DNA of 64,000 nucleotides from a virus (taxonomy: Duplodnaviria; Heunggongvirae; Uroviricota; Caudoviricetes): the IMG/VR virus record IMGVR_UViG_3300032315_001309, positions 12,305 through 76,304 of that record. One strand, written 5' to 3'. Below, in pieces: positions 47,414-56,695 of this stretch. The translations under genes were made by a program, and so were the position numbers. Under the pieces are notes generated by a model. The model searched no databases and was not told where the DNA came from. It saw nothing but the letters and a program-made list of their open reading frames with translations. Numbering within the stretch: the first letter of the stretch is position 1; each line of letters begins with the position of its first letter.

Positions 47414-48694
47414 CCAGTCCTAAAACTGGCACACCCATTTCGTTTCAGGCCCACCTTAGACTATATAATACTAAAGCAAACAACAGAGGAACAATTGGAT
47501 CAGCAACAGAAATTTCTTTTCGACATTATTTCCCAACTTGAGGACTGTATCCTTGATGCAGAATTCGATCTTGGGTCCGATTCGGTTCTTTACCAAAAAC
47601 TAAAGGATCTTGTGGAAACTGTAGAAACGTATCAAGAAAATCTATGAAATTCAAGGAGATTTAGACATGCCAACAGTTCAGGGAATTCAAAAAATACATA
47701 TCACCGACGTTGAAATTTTTTCGGAAAATGAAAAATATTTTGTTCGCGTTGATTATTCCGATGGGGAATCCGACGAATTCGGCCCTTATCGGTCACATGA
47801 AGAAGCTAAGTCCATCGTCTTTTAAATCAAAAAACAAACCCATCGAAAAGGAGATTTTATGAAAGTACACACCATGGAAACCACCAAAACGGAAGAATTT
47901 CAAAATCTATATGATCTTCTCGATGAAAAAGAAAATGAAAAAGAACAGGAAAGGTATTACCCTGAATTTGACGACCAAACTTGATCACTGTACCAATTTT
48001 AAAACTGTCCACCCATGGCCAAAAAACTCAAAAAAGCTGATATGCTTGATGGATCAGAGCACCCCGTCAAGGAAACTCTGATTGATGACTTACTTGATAC
48101 GGGATTGTTTAAATCTCCAGTTCAAGAAGTCTTTTCTCCAGAACTACAACAGCTTCTGGATGAATTTTAATCAATATCCCATTATTTTTAAGTAAACTAT
48201 GTCTCGTGAAGAAGCTCTTGTTATTATTCGCTCAGGTAAAAATGGCACCCAAATTCTAGATCTTCTAGATAAAGTCGCCACTCTTTGCCCCACTGAATCT
48301 ACTGTTGACTCTGAATTTTCTGACGTAAAATTTAATGATTGATACTCTTTCATTTAACTATGGAAATCTGACTACCATTATTGGATTTGTCGGTATCGTT
48401 TCATCTTTGGTGATCGTTGTTACTGCTTTCACAAAGCATTACAACTCACCGGTCAATAAGTAAGACCACTCTCTGAACTGTCCATTAGCTCCTATCAATT
48501 CGCTTGGTGGGGGCTATACTTTTGAAGTTAACTCATTGAACAATGAAACACTATTCGGCCCACTCACATACAGAATTTTTTGAGACAGATGATCTTGAAG
48601 AAGCCAAAGATATTGCAATGTCTATGTGCGAGCACTTTGGGTCTGGCTATGTAATCGACAACACAAACAATCAAGTAGTTGAGGAATACTGAAC

Positions 48695-50272
48695 ATGATT
48701 TTAAATTTTAAAGTACCAAAGAATATTTACAATAAAATTGATGCGTATGATTTGGTAAAGCCAAAAGAAGAAAGGGCGGCCGCCAAGGCAAAAAAAGTCA
48801 ATACTTTTCCTAAGGCTGGACTTCCCGAACAACTGATTCCAGAATCAGTGATTCCAAAGACGGTGTTGATGGAAGCAATTAACCTTTTGAATATTCGACA
48901 CAATGATACTTATTGGTACGATTCTGGTAGTTTTGCTGGGACTCATGGAAACATTCAATATCTAATTACCAAGAAAGCTAATAAGTATTGGTCCGCTATT
49001 TGGTTTGATACTCAAAATTCTGATATTGTATTTGGATTCTCTCATTCTTTTCGAAATCTAAAATCATACAAGAATTATCGTTATAATTCATTCTTGAATG
49101 AAACTAAACTTGACGAAACAAAATTCACTTCCGTAAAGCACAATAAGAAAGATTACCTTTATTATAGCCAACTGGTTACACCATCCGATCTAATTGATCG
49201 AAAGTTTAATTGTGTAATCCCGGCATATAATCAACGAAACGAAACAGTAGCTTTCACCAACCTATTTAAAGCCCGACTAGGTAAATATACTTTAGTCTGG
49301 AGTAAAAGTAATAATGTTTTTGAAGCATATAATACACCACTATATGATCTTCTGGGTGTACGTGGAATTAAGGATCATAATTGGGTTCCTGATTTCAATT
49401 ATATTCTAAGTAAAGTTCCTGATGTTTTTTCCAAAAAAATCAACATTCCATACTTTCGACGTAAGTTGACTGCGATGTGCGATGATGCAGTGAAACAATA
49501 TCAATCAAGTGATTTTGATCGATATAAACTCAAATTCAGTACACGATCTATTGAGATTCTACAATGGATTGATCAGATTTACGATTGGACTGTACCTGTT
49601 GATTATCTACAGCAGGTATGGGAGGACCTAAAATTTGATGAAAATACTTCACAGTTTCGATATGTAAACACAAGTAATCACAATGTAGGCACTGAATGGC
49701 TTCGCCAGAATGTCCCGATTAAATCCTTTATCAACATGTTTGTTCGGGATTATTCGGTATTCATTGATACTATCTCGATGTTACGTGATATTCTGGGGCG
49801 GAATCCAGATCTTAAGTATAATGGTAGGTGGCGGGTACAGGAACTACACGACTGGGCCATGGCTGAGCAATGGAAACAAAGTAACAAAAATCAAAACCTA
49901 CCTCAGGATCTATTTCCGGCTCCATTGAAAGTCGATAATATGACTTTCATTCAACCAATCAACACTCACCAACTTGCTCAATGGGGTCGAGCAGCCCGAA
50001 ATTGTGTGGGATCCTCTTCATACTATAATGGAATCATTAAGCATAATCATTTCATTATTCTGGCTCTCTCTAAAAATGAACCATACCTAACTATTCAGGC
50101 TAGGTTGGAAGGTGAGGAACTAAAGGTGACTCAGATCAAGAAAACATGCAACGAAAGTCTGAGTTATACGGAAGAAGATGAATACCGAAAAGTATTCCAA
50201 AAAGCTCTTATTATTCGTAGTGCTCAACTAGCAGAGGAACCACAAGAAGTTGAACCAGTAGTGGAATCATGA
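48695..50272 (+). CDS. hypothetical protein with PcfJ-like C-terminal region
   Basis: 525 aa. The C-terminal QWGRAARNCVGSSSYYNGIIKHNHFIILALSKNEPYLTIQARL resembles the PcfJ-family core (WG..NCV.S..Y...). Confidence 0.35.
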   Translation: MILNFKVPKNIYNKIDAYDLVKPKEERAAAKAKKVNTFPKAGLPEQLIPESVIPKTVLMEAINLLNIRHNDTYWYDSGSFAGTHGNIQYLITKKANKYWSAIWFDTQNSDIVFGFSHSFRNLKSYKNYRYNSFLNETKLDETKFTSVKHNKKDYLYYSQLVTPSDLIDRKFNCVIPAYNQRNETVAFTNLFKARLGKYTLVWSKSNNVFEAYNTPLYDLLGVRGIKDHNWVPDFNYILSKVPDVFSKKINIPYFRRKLTAMCDDAVKQYQSSDFDRYKLKFSTRSIEILQWIDQIYDWTVPVDYLQQVWEDLKFDENTSQFRYVNTSNHNVGTEWLRQNVPIKSFINMFVRDYSVFIDTISMLRDILGRNPDLKYNGRWRVQELHDWAMAEQWKQSNKNQNLPQDLFPAPLKVDNMTFIQPINTHQLAQWGRAARNCVGSSSYYNGIIKHNHFIILALSKNEPYLTIQARLEGEELKVTQIKKTCNESLSYTEEDEYRKVFQKALIIRSAQLAEEPQEVEPVVES

Positions 50273-50661
50273 CATTTGAAAAGAATCTAGAGTACATTGA
50301 TGATAGAGTCAATGTACTGATTCGAGAAATTTGTGATGGGAATTGTGAGGTTATTGATGAATATCATCGACTAGTAAATCTTTATGCACATACGTGCCTA
50401 GAAGAAGAATCAAAATTTTTGATTCCTTCGTCTATCAATGGTATTAAACCAACTCTCACTAAAGATGCGATTAGATTAGATGAAGACGGAAACACAGTAA
50501 ATGTTCCACATAGTTTACGGTCTAAAGCATTTACATACAAGAAAACTACTGCAATGAAAATGATTACTGCCTGGTTAAAAAAACATGAGACAACTGAAAA
50601 TTGTCCAAATTCTTATCAGGACACTCTAAACATTCCATTTCAGCAAATCAAGCCAGTATAA
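50269..50661 (+). CDS. hypothetical protein
   Basis: 130-aa ORF overlapping the previous stop. Confidence 0.35.
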   Translation: MTFEKNLEYIDDRVNVLIREICDGNCEVIDEYHRLVNLYAHTCLEEESKFLIPSSINGIKPTLTKDAIRLDEDGNTVNVPHSLRSKAFTYKKTTAMKMITAWLKKHETTENCPNSYQDTLNIPFQQIKPV

Positions 50662-50730
50662 AAACTGGCACTTTGACAACCAGATTTCATTTGTCACACC
50701 TCTATAATAGGTACACTAAACCAATTTATT

Positions 50731-51009
50731 ATGATTTCCCTACCCAATCTAGATACCGATACAGATATTGTTCTTGACACTGAACTTGATGCTGAATATG
50801 GTGGTGATATCACTGTCACTTTGACGTATGTAGAGCATGATGTTCTAAATGATATTATCAATAGTGCTCTTGATGCTATTCAACTTATTGCACCTTATGG
50901 TAGTGGTCTAACACATCTACCACTAGATAATGAGATTATTCAACGTATCTCTACTATTGATAATCTTAAGGAACGATTTGACGCTCTATGGGCCAGTCGC
51001 TTTCTTTGA
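50731..51009 (+). CDS. hypothetical acidic protein
   Basis: 92-aa ORF. Confidence 0.3.
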   Translation: MISLPNLDTDTDIVLDTELDAEYGGDITVTLTYVEHDVLNDIINSALDAIQLIAPYGSGLTHLPLDNEIIQRISTIDNLKERFDALWASRFL

Positions 51010-51055
51010 GGTGAGTCCAATAAACAAGTTTAATATCATTTAATGTATAAAATAA

Positions 51056-51331
51056 ATGAAATTCACTGAACTCAAATTCGCCCCACATCCACATATTCCT
51101 GGTGATGAAGCTATTTTAGCTGTTCATATTTTTCCTAATTCTTACGGGGTATGTGTTGTGCGTTTTCCAGGGAGTTATGGTTACATGCAAGGACTATATG
51201 AATTATACATCATTAAAGGAACTTTAGATAATTATCAGGCATGTTATAATACACATATCACTAATGATATTTTGGGTCATCTTGATGAGATTAGAGTGGA
51301 AGATATTATGTGTGAAGTTGAAAACCTATAA
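51056..51331 (+). CDS. hypothetical protein
   Basis: 91-aa ORF. Confidence 0.3.
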   Translation: MKFTELKFAPHPHIPGDEAILAVHIFPNSYGVCVVRFPGSYGYMQGLYELYIIKGTLDNYQACYNTHITNDILGHLDEIRVEDIMCEVENL

Positions 51332-51355
51332 CCTGGACGAAATGTCCTATAAAAA

Positions 51356-51961
51356 ATGAGAGACCAAAATTATCTAGCACTAGATCTTGAAATCAATACT
51401 GATGGTAATGGCTGGGTCGGTGACATTATTCAGGTTGGAATTTCTGTTGGCAATCCCACAGTCGGAATTTATTTCGATGAAGATTTTCTGATCAAACCAT
51501 ATGAAAAAACCAATGGTGGACTGTTGACTCCATTTATCACACAATTAACCGGAATCACACAAGAAGAATTTGATCTGGACGGGGTCACACTTGCAGACTG
51601 TGCAGATAGACTAAAGCAAGTAATTAAGGAATATAACACCTTTGTGAATCCAGTACAATGGGGACTTGGTGATGCCGATGAACTGATGGATGCATTTAAA
51701 TATAAAACAATTGATTTTCCTAATTTTGGGCGGCGAGTAATTGATGTAAAACACCTTTTCTTGTACCTGGAGGCAGCCAACGGCAGAGCCCTCTCAGGCG
51801 GCCTAAGGAGCGCCATGGGCAAGTACAAGCTCCCTTTTGAGGGGAAGCCACACGATGCGGCCAGGGATGCCTACAACACGCTCAGATTCTTTTTTCACCT
51901 ACTGGAGCGTCAGAAGAAATTAGAAGACTGTGCTAGGTTGATGAAAACTATTGCGTATTGA
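51356..51961 (+). CDS. DEDD-family 3'-5' exonuclease (DnaQ/oligoribonuclease-like)
   Basis: LALDLE (Exo I D-x-E) and HDAARDAYNT (Exo III H-x4-D) are in the correct order. 201 aa. Confidence 0.55.
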   Translation: MRDQNYLALDLEINTDGNGWVGDIIQVGISVGNPTVGIYFDEDFLIKPYEKTNGGLLTPFITQLTGITQEEFDLDGVTLADCADRLKQVIKEYNTFVNPVQWGLGDADELMDAFKYKTIDFPNFGRRVIDVKHLFLYLEAANGRALSGGLRSAMGKYKLPFEGKPHDAARDAYNTLRFFFHLLERQKKLEDCARLMKTIAY

Positions 51962-52233
51962 AATCAATGAAAAAAATACTTGAGGGGTTACGAAACTGCC
52001 GAAGTAATTTCCAACAATGGAAATACCTTATTTCTTATAAAAATTATAATGATTATGAGCATTGGATATTTTTTAACTATATCAACGGGACCGAAAATAT
52101 TGAGCCATACAGAATTGTATTGTCTTCTGAAAATTATGATGCTTTAATTGAAATGTTAAATACCCCACCTGATCTTGCGGTGGTTGATAATTTAAAAGAA
52201 TTTATGAGCCGACCTTCACCGTGGGACACTTGA
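51958..52233 (+). CDS. hypothetical protein
   Basis: 91-aa ORF. Confidence 0.3.
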   Translation: MKSMKKILEGLRNCRSNFQQWKYLISYKNYNDYEHWIFFNYINGTENIEPYRIVLSSENYDALIEMLNTPPDLAVVDNLKEFMSRPSPWDT

Positions 52234-52291
52234 AAAACTGGCACACAAATTCTAAAACACCCTCCATATACCCTATACTACTTTTGTACAA

Positions 52292-52474
52292 TTGAAAGCC
52301 TACATGAAATTAACAACCAAAAAAGAGTTTAATTTATCCCTATCTGAATATGAAGCTACACAATTAAGAAACTTTATACGTGATTGTAAAGTTTGGGATA
52401 ATACTGAAATGAAAGGAAAAGAGTATTACATCACGGTTATTGAATTGTGGAATTCTTTAAAGGCTGAAGAGTAA
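52292..52474 (+). CDS. hypothetical protein
   Basis: 60-aa ORF. Confidence 0.3.
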   Translation: MKAYMKLTTKKEFNLSLSEYEATQLRNFIRDCKVWDNTEMKGKEYYITVIELWNSLKAEE

Positions 52475-52920
52475 TGAAAACATTCTATCTAGATACAGAA
52501 TTCAATAGTTTCGGTGGTGACTTAATTTCACTTGCCCTGGTTTCGCAGGATCTTGAAGTTCAATTTTATGAGGTTTTACCTTGGGCTCATTTGAATCTTC
52601 ATCCATGGGTGGAGACAAATGTAATTCCGGTTCTTTTTAAAAATCCACGTGGGTCTAAACTTGATGCTCAACGAAAACTAGCCAAGTTCTTAACAGAGAA
52701 CGCAGTTGATAACGAAATCACAATCGTGGCAGACTGGCCAGAGGACATTAAGCACCTATGCGATTTTCTGCTCACTGGGCCTGGGACTTGTCTATCTATT
52801 CCTAACATTATTATGATTGTTGATAGGGTGAATCTCCCAAGTACAACAGAATATTCATTAACTCCACATAATGCACTAGAAGATGCAAAAGCTCTTGCTA
52901 TGTGGACGCAAAAACCATAA
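52474..52920 (+). CDS. second DEDD-type exonuclease-like protein (RNase H-like fold)
   Basis: FYLDTEF (D-x-E) near the N-terminus and HNALEDAKALA (H-x4-D) near the C-terminus. 148 aa. Confidence 0.45.
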   Translation: MKTFYLDTEFNSFGGDLISLALVSQDLEVQFYEVLPWAHLNLHPWVETNVIPVLFKNPRGSKLDAQRKLAKFLTENAVDNEITIVADWPEDIKHLCDFLLTGPGTCLSIPNIIMIVDRVNLPSTTEYSLTPHNALEDAKALAMWTQKP

Positions 52921-53144
52921 TGAGGTGATTATTTATGTTAGCTAGAACTCTTTCACTATTAGCCGGACTTGGAATTATATTCACAGTTCTGGTTATTCGA
53001 GGAATTCCTATTCTTCTACTTGCTAAGGGTGCATTTCTCTTAGTTCTTCTACTTGTTGCTGTGGTGCTAATCGCAACCTCATTTTCAAGTGATTCCTGAT
53101 TCAATTATTCAAATTATTCAAACTATTCAATTACTTAAATTATT

Positions 53145-53966
53145 ATGAGCACTACTGGTAAACTAATTCTCGGCGGCGTTGGCGTATTTCTTGCCGTCAC
53201 TCTTGTTGGCGGCAACTTCACCACGATTCAAACTGGTGAAAATGGACTCTATAAGAGTTTCGATGGTAAGATCTCTGAGCAGGTTCTACAGCCTGGTATC
53301 AACTGGGATGGTCTTGGTTCTATTCAGACTTTCAACACCCGTAAGATCACTGTTAATGCAAATGATCTGAAGCCTAAGACAAAAGATAACACCATTATGA
53401 AAGAAATGGATGTTACTGTCACCTACTCTATCTCTCCCACATCCCTGTTCGGTTTCTATACCGGATATGATATCTCTAATCATGGAGTTACTCAAAATGG
53501 GCAGATTCAGTTGATGGCCGCATACATTCAACGTCTAATCACATCTTCCGTTAACCAATCCGTTGATGAATTCCCTGCTCTGGAAGTCAACTCCAAGCTG
53601 GAAAACATTCAGGATGCTATCAAGGCCAACCTGACGGCTGCTCTTGAGAAGAATGGTCTGGCTGGTAAAATCACCATTGATTCTGTAATCGTTGGTAAAG
53701 CCGATCTTCCTGATTCTCTGGTTGCTTCTGTTAACCGAGTTGTTGTTGCTCAGTCTGCATTCAAGGAACAGGAACAACGTACCCTTACTGCTGAAAGTAA
53801 GGCTAAGGAAAATGCGGCTCTTGCTGCTACTGTTACTGAAAAATCTATTGAGTACAAGCGACTTGAAATCATGGAGAAATTTGTTGATAATCCCAACATC
53901 AAGTGGGGTATCATCAATGGCGCCAAGATGGACTTCATGCCTGGTGGTATGGTAGGCGATAAGTGA
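53145..53966 (+). CDS. SPFH/band-7 (stomatin/prohibitin/HflKC-like) domain membrane protein
   Basis: An N-terminal TM helix is followed by IQTGENGLYKSFDGKISEQVLQPGINW, which is typical of the SPFH domain start, then a coiled-coil-like Ala-rich C-terminus. Confidence 0.5.
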   Translation: MSTTGKLILGGVGVFLAVTLVGGNFTTIQTGENGLYKSFDGKISEQVLQPGINWDGLGSIQTFNTRKITVNANDLKPKTKDNTIMKEMDVTVTYSISPTSLFGFYTGYDISNHGVTQNGQIQLMAAYIQRLITSSVNQSVDEFPALEVNSKLENIQDAIKANLTAALEKNGLAGKITIDSVIVGKADLPDSLVASVNRVVVAQSAFKEQEQRTLTAESKAKENAALAATVTEKSIEYKRLEIMEKFVDNPNIKWGIINGAKMDFMPGGMVGDK

Positions 53967-53972
53967 TAATGC

Positions 53973-54016
53973 ACCAGGTGGCAGGCTAAAACTGCCACCT
54001 GGTCTTAATAATTTAT
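53973..54016 (+). terminator. stem-loop terminator candidate (12-bp GC-rich stem ACCAGGTGGCAG/CTGCCACCTGGT)
   Basis: Perfect inverted repeat with a 7-nt loop, directly after the SPFH gene, followed by an A/T-rich stretch. The loop-stem junction carries the AAAACTGCCAC motif. Confidence 0.4.
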
Positions 54017-54020
54017 TACT

Positions 54021-54230
54021 ATGACACCCGAAAGATACCAAGAAATCCAAACATTCCTCAATTATATTCGTTCAAATCCGTTTGGAATTCGTCTAGACCG
54101 ACAGTATAATTATGAATTTAAAAGAGAAAAGCCAACCTGGTCAACTAATGTAGTGTACCGTATGATGACACAACCAGGCCGATATGATTCTGATGTTTTG
54201 AATTACTTACGTGGAGCATTTATAAAATGA
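54021..54230 (+). CDS. hypothetical protein
   Basis: 69-aa ORF. Confidence 0.3.
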   Translation: MTPERYQEIQTFLNYIRSNPFGIRLDRQYNYEFKREKPTWSTNVVYRMMTQPGRYDSDVLNYLRGAFIK

Positions 54231-54384
54231 TTAAAATCTTTGAAAAGAGCTATGACGGAGAATCACTCTACGATCTCCAAAGGGATGCGGGAGAGGCAGT
54301 GAGTGAAGAATATAATGACAAAATGCAACAACTTCCAGTAGATCAGTATGGATTTACTGCTGGTATGTTCAAAGTAACTATCGA

Positions 54385-54837
54385 GTGGACACTATGAAAC
54401 AACTAGTAACTTATGCATCGCATGTAGAAGATCCCACTGCATATGCATTCATGGTCTTTGATTCTATCGAAGACACTGAGAAGTTCTTCCGAACCGCACA
54501 GATCTATTTTGAAATGTATCCTGGTGATACTCTCCAAACTATCTACCTAACTAGTGATAAGTTTGTAGAATATACCAACTACATGAAATTCAGGAATGAT
54601 TTTGAAGTAAAGAATATTTCCAATGAACAGTATCAAACATTGAAGGCTGTATTCACTGGCGAATGTAGCAATCATGGAGCATGTGGAGAATTTGGACATA
54701 CTCAGGTCTTTGATATTATCGAATGTTTCGGTAATCTTCCATACGAAGAGAAACCAGAACTGGTTAAAGAGTTGACTGACTTATATCCCGAATGTGATCT
54801 TGCACTTTCTGGTGAAGATGGCGTCTACATCACATAA
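54385..54837 (+). CDS. hypothetical Cys/His-containing protein
   Basis: 150 aa. Contains GECSNHGACGEFGH, a possible metal site. Confidence 0.35.
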   Translation: MDTMKQLVTYASHVEDPTAYAFMVFDSIEDTEKFFRTAQIYFEMYPGDTLQTIYLTSDKFVEYTNYMKFRNDFEVKNISNEQYQTLKAVFTGECSNHGACGEFGHTQVFDIIECFGNLPYEEKPELVKELTDLYPECDLALSGEDGVYIT

Positions 54838-54907
54838 TTTTTGACTAAATAAACACAAGACCAGAAAATAGATTTCTGGCATATTACACTAAAGGAGCTT
54901 TAGTACC

Positions 54908-55933
54908 ATGATTAAAAAAAAGTTTGACACCATTGTTTTTATTGGTAGATTTCAACCATTACACAATGCACACGTAGCTACAATAAAGAAAGCATATAGT
55001 CTTGCTGATCAAGTATTGATTGTAATTGGTTCCGCAGGAGAACCTAGCACATATAAGAATCCTCTATCAGCGGAACAGCGAGAGGATATTTTGATCTATG
55101 CAATGGCAGATATCGATATTCCAGAACAAGATTATAAGATCATTCACCAGGAAGATTGTCTCTATAGTAATCTTAAATGGTTTACTGAGATTCAAGATAA
55201 AATTACAAAACATACCAAGCCCACTGATAATATTGGAATTATCGGGTATGAGAAGGATAGCAGTAGTTTTTATCTCAAGGGATTTCCACAATGGGAATAC
55301 ATTGAAATGCCATTAGTAGAACATCTGAGTTCTACTGATATTCGGACTCTTTACTTTGTTGAATATCCAAATCTCAAATTCATTAAAGGTGTAATTCCTA
55401 AAGCAACCTTTGAGTTTCTTGAGGATAATTTAAACACCAGTTTCAGGACAAACATCGTAAAAGAACGAAGGTTTGTTGAGAACTATAAAAAACCATATGT
55501 GAATCTCCCATATCCTCCGATTTTCGTAACGACAGATGCCGTAGTTTTCCAATCGGGTCATGTTCTAATGATTCGCAGGAAGGCTTTCCCAGGAAATGGT
55601 CTACTCGCTTTACCTGGAGGATTTGTAAATGCAAATACTGATAAATCTCTTGAAGATGCTATGCTCAGGGAGTTGCGAGAGGAAACTAAGATTAAAGTTC
55701 CGCCCGCAGTTCTTAGAAGTAGTATCACTTCATCCCACGTATTTGATGCTATTGAACGAAGCACTAGAGGAAGAACTATCACTCATGCATTCAATATTGT
55801 TCTGAATGAACCAGAATTACCTAAACTAAGGGCGAGTTCCGATGCATCTGATGCAATGTGGATTCCGATTAGTCAAATCAAAAGAAGTGAGTGTTATGAA
55901 GATCATTATCATATCATTTCCTACTTTATCTAA
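54908..55933 (+). CDS. bifunctional NMN adenylyltransferase / Nudix hydrolase (NadM-Nudix, NatV-like)
   Basis: The N-terminal IVFIGRFQPLHNAH is a nucleotidyltransferase (H/T)xGH motif. The C-terminal GGFVNANTDKSLEDAMLRELREETKIKV is a Nudix box. Confidence 0.75.
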   Translation: MIKKKFDTIVFIGRFQPLHNAHVATIKKAYSLADQVLIVIGSAGEPSTYKNPLSAEQREDILIYAMADIDIPEQDYKIIHQEDCLYSNLKWFTEIQDKITKHTKPTDNIGIIGYEKDSSSFYLKGFPQWEYIEMPLVEHLSSTDIRTLYFVEYPNLKFIKGVIPKATFEFLEDNLNTSFRTNIVKERRFVENYKKPYVNLPYPPIFVTTDAVVFQSGHVLMIRRKAFPGNGLLALPGGFVNANTDKSLEDAMLRELREETKIKVPPAVLRSSITSSHVFDAIERSTRGRTITHAFNIVLNEPELPKLRASSDASDAMWIPISQIKRSECYEDHYHIISYFI

Positions 55934-55945
55934 TTATTATTAAAA

Positions 55946-56476
55946 ATGAAACAATTTACAGAACAAAATTTTCTAGAAAAATATAATCAATATGTATTTT
56001 TCTATGGTGGATTTCTTTCCAATTGGGCAAATACACACTTTTTGGATACTCGCTCAGGAACACCATATAACTGCACGGAACAGTATATGATGGAGAAAAA
56101 GGCGTTGCTCTTTCATGATTATGAAATTGCTAAACGTATTATGACTAAGACTTTTCCTGGTGACCAAAAAGCACTAGGGCGAAAAGTAAAAGGATTTGAC
56201 AAATCTTTGTGGGATCAACACGCCAGGCAAATTGTTTACGAAGGTTGTTATTACAAATTCACTCAAAATGAAGATGCTTATAACTATCTAATGGAAACTA
56301 ACGGATATCTTCTTGTAGAAGCCTCTCCCACTGATACTGTATGGGGAGTTGGAATGGGTGGTTATGAGAAAGAAATTGAAGATCCTAAAAACTGGAAAGG
56401 AACTAATTGGTTGGGTCAAGTTCTTACTCAACTACGAGAAGATATTATAGGTAAACCAGAATTAATAATGTTCTGA
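55946..56476 (+). CDS. NADAR-domain protein (YbiA/DUF1768 family)
   Basis: FFYGGFLSNWANTHF...EQYMMEKKALLFHD...LGRKVKGFDKSLW...LLVEASPTDTVWGVGMG matches the NADAR pattern. Confidence 0.6.
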   Translation: MKQFTEQNFLEKYNQYVFFYGGFLSNWANTHFLDTRSGTPYNCTEQYMMEKKALLFHDYEIAKRIMTKTFPGDQKALGRKVKGFDKSLWDQHARQIVYEGCYYKFTQNEDAYNYLMETNGYLLVEASPTDTVWGVGMGGYEKEIEDPKNWKGTNWLGQVLTQLREDIIGKPELIMF

Positions 56477-56695
56477 TTATGAAAGTTCATACTACAGAAT
56501 TAGTTAAAAAAATTCTAGCTAACCCATCAGCACAAAAACAATTACAATAAGCTCTAACTAACCCAAATCAATGTATAGAACTTGATGGTAAAATATATGA
56601 GCTTGTAAAAGTTTGACAGATGTAAAGTCATTAAAACATGAAGACCTTCGGATAGACTGAAGGCAATTAAAAATCACTAAAGGAGATTTAGTACA

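Noticed and set aside
47422-52244. TGGCAC hexamers read as sigma54 -24 elements
   Set aside because: None is followed at the correct spacing by the -12 TTGC(A/T) element. The hexamer is part of the longer AAAACTGGCAC repeat family described in the findings.
53286-54050. Minus-strand ORFs overlapping the SPFH gene, and + strand ORFs 53179-53370 and 53692-53955
   Set aside because: These are alternative frames of a gene with a recognisable SPFH domain. Their Leu-rich low-complexity products suggest frame artefacts.
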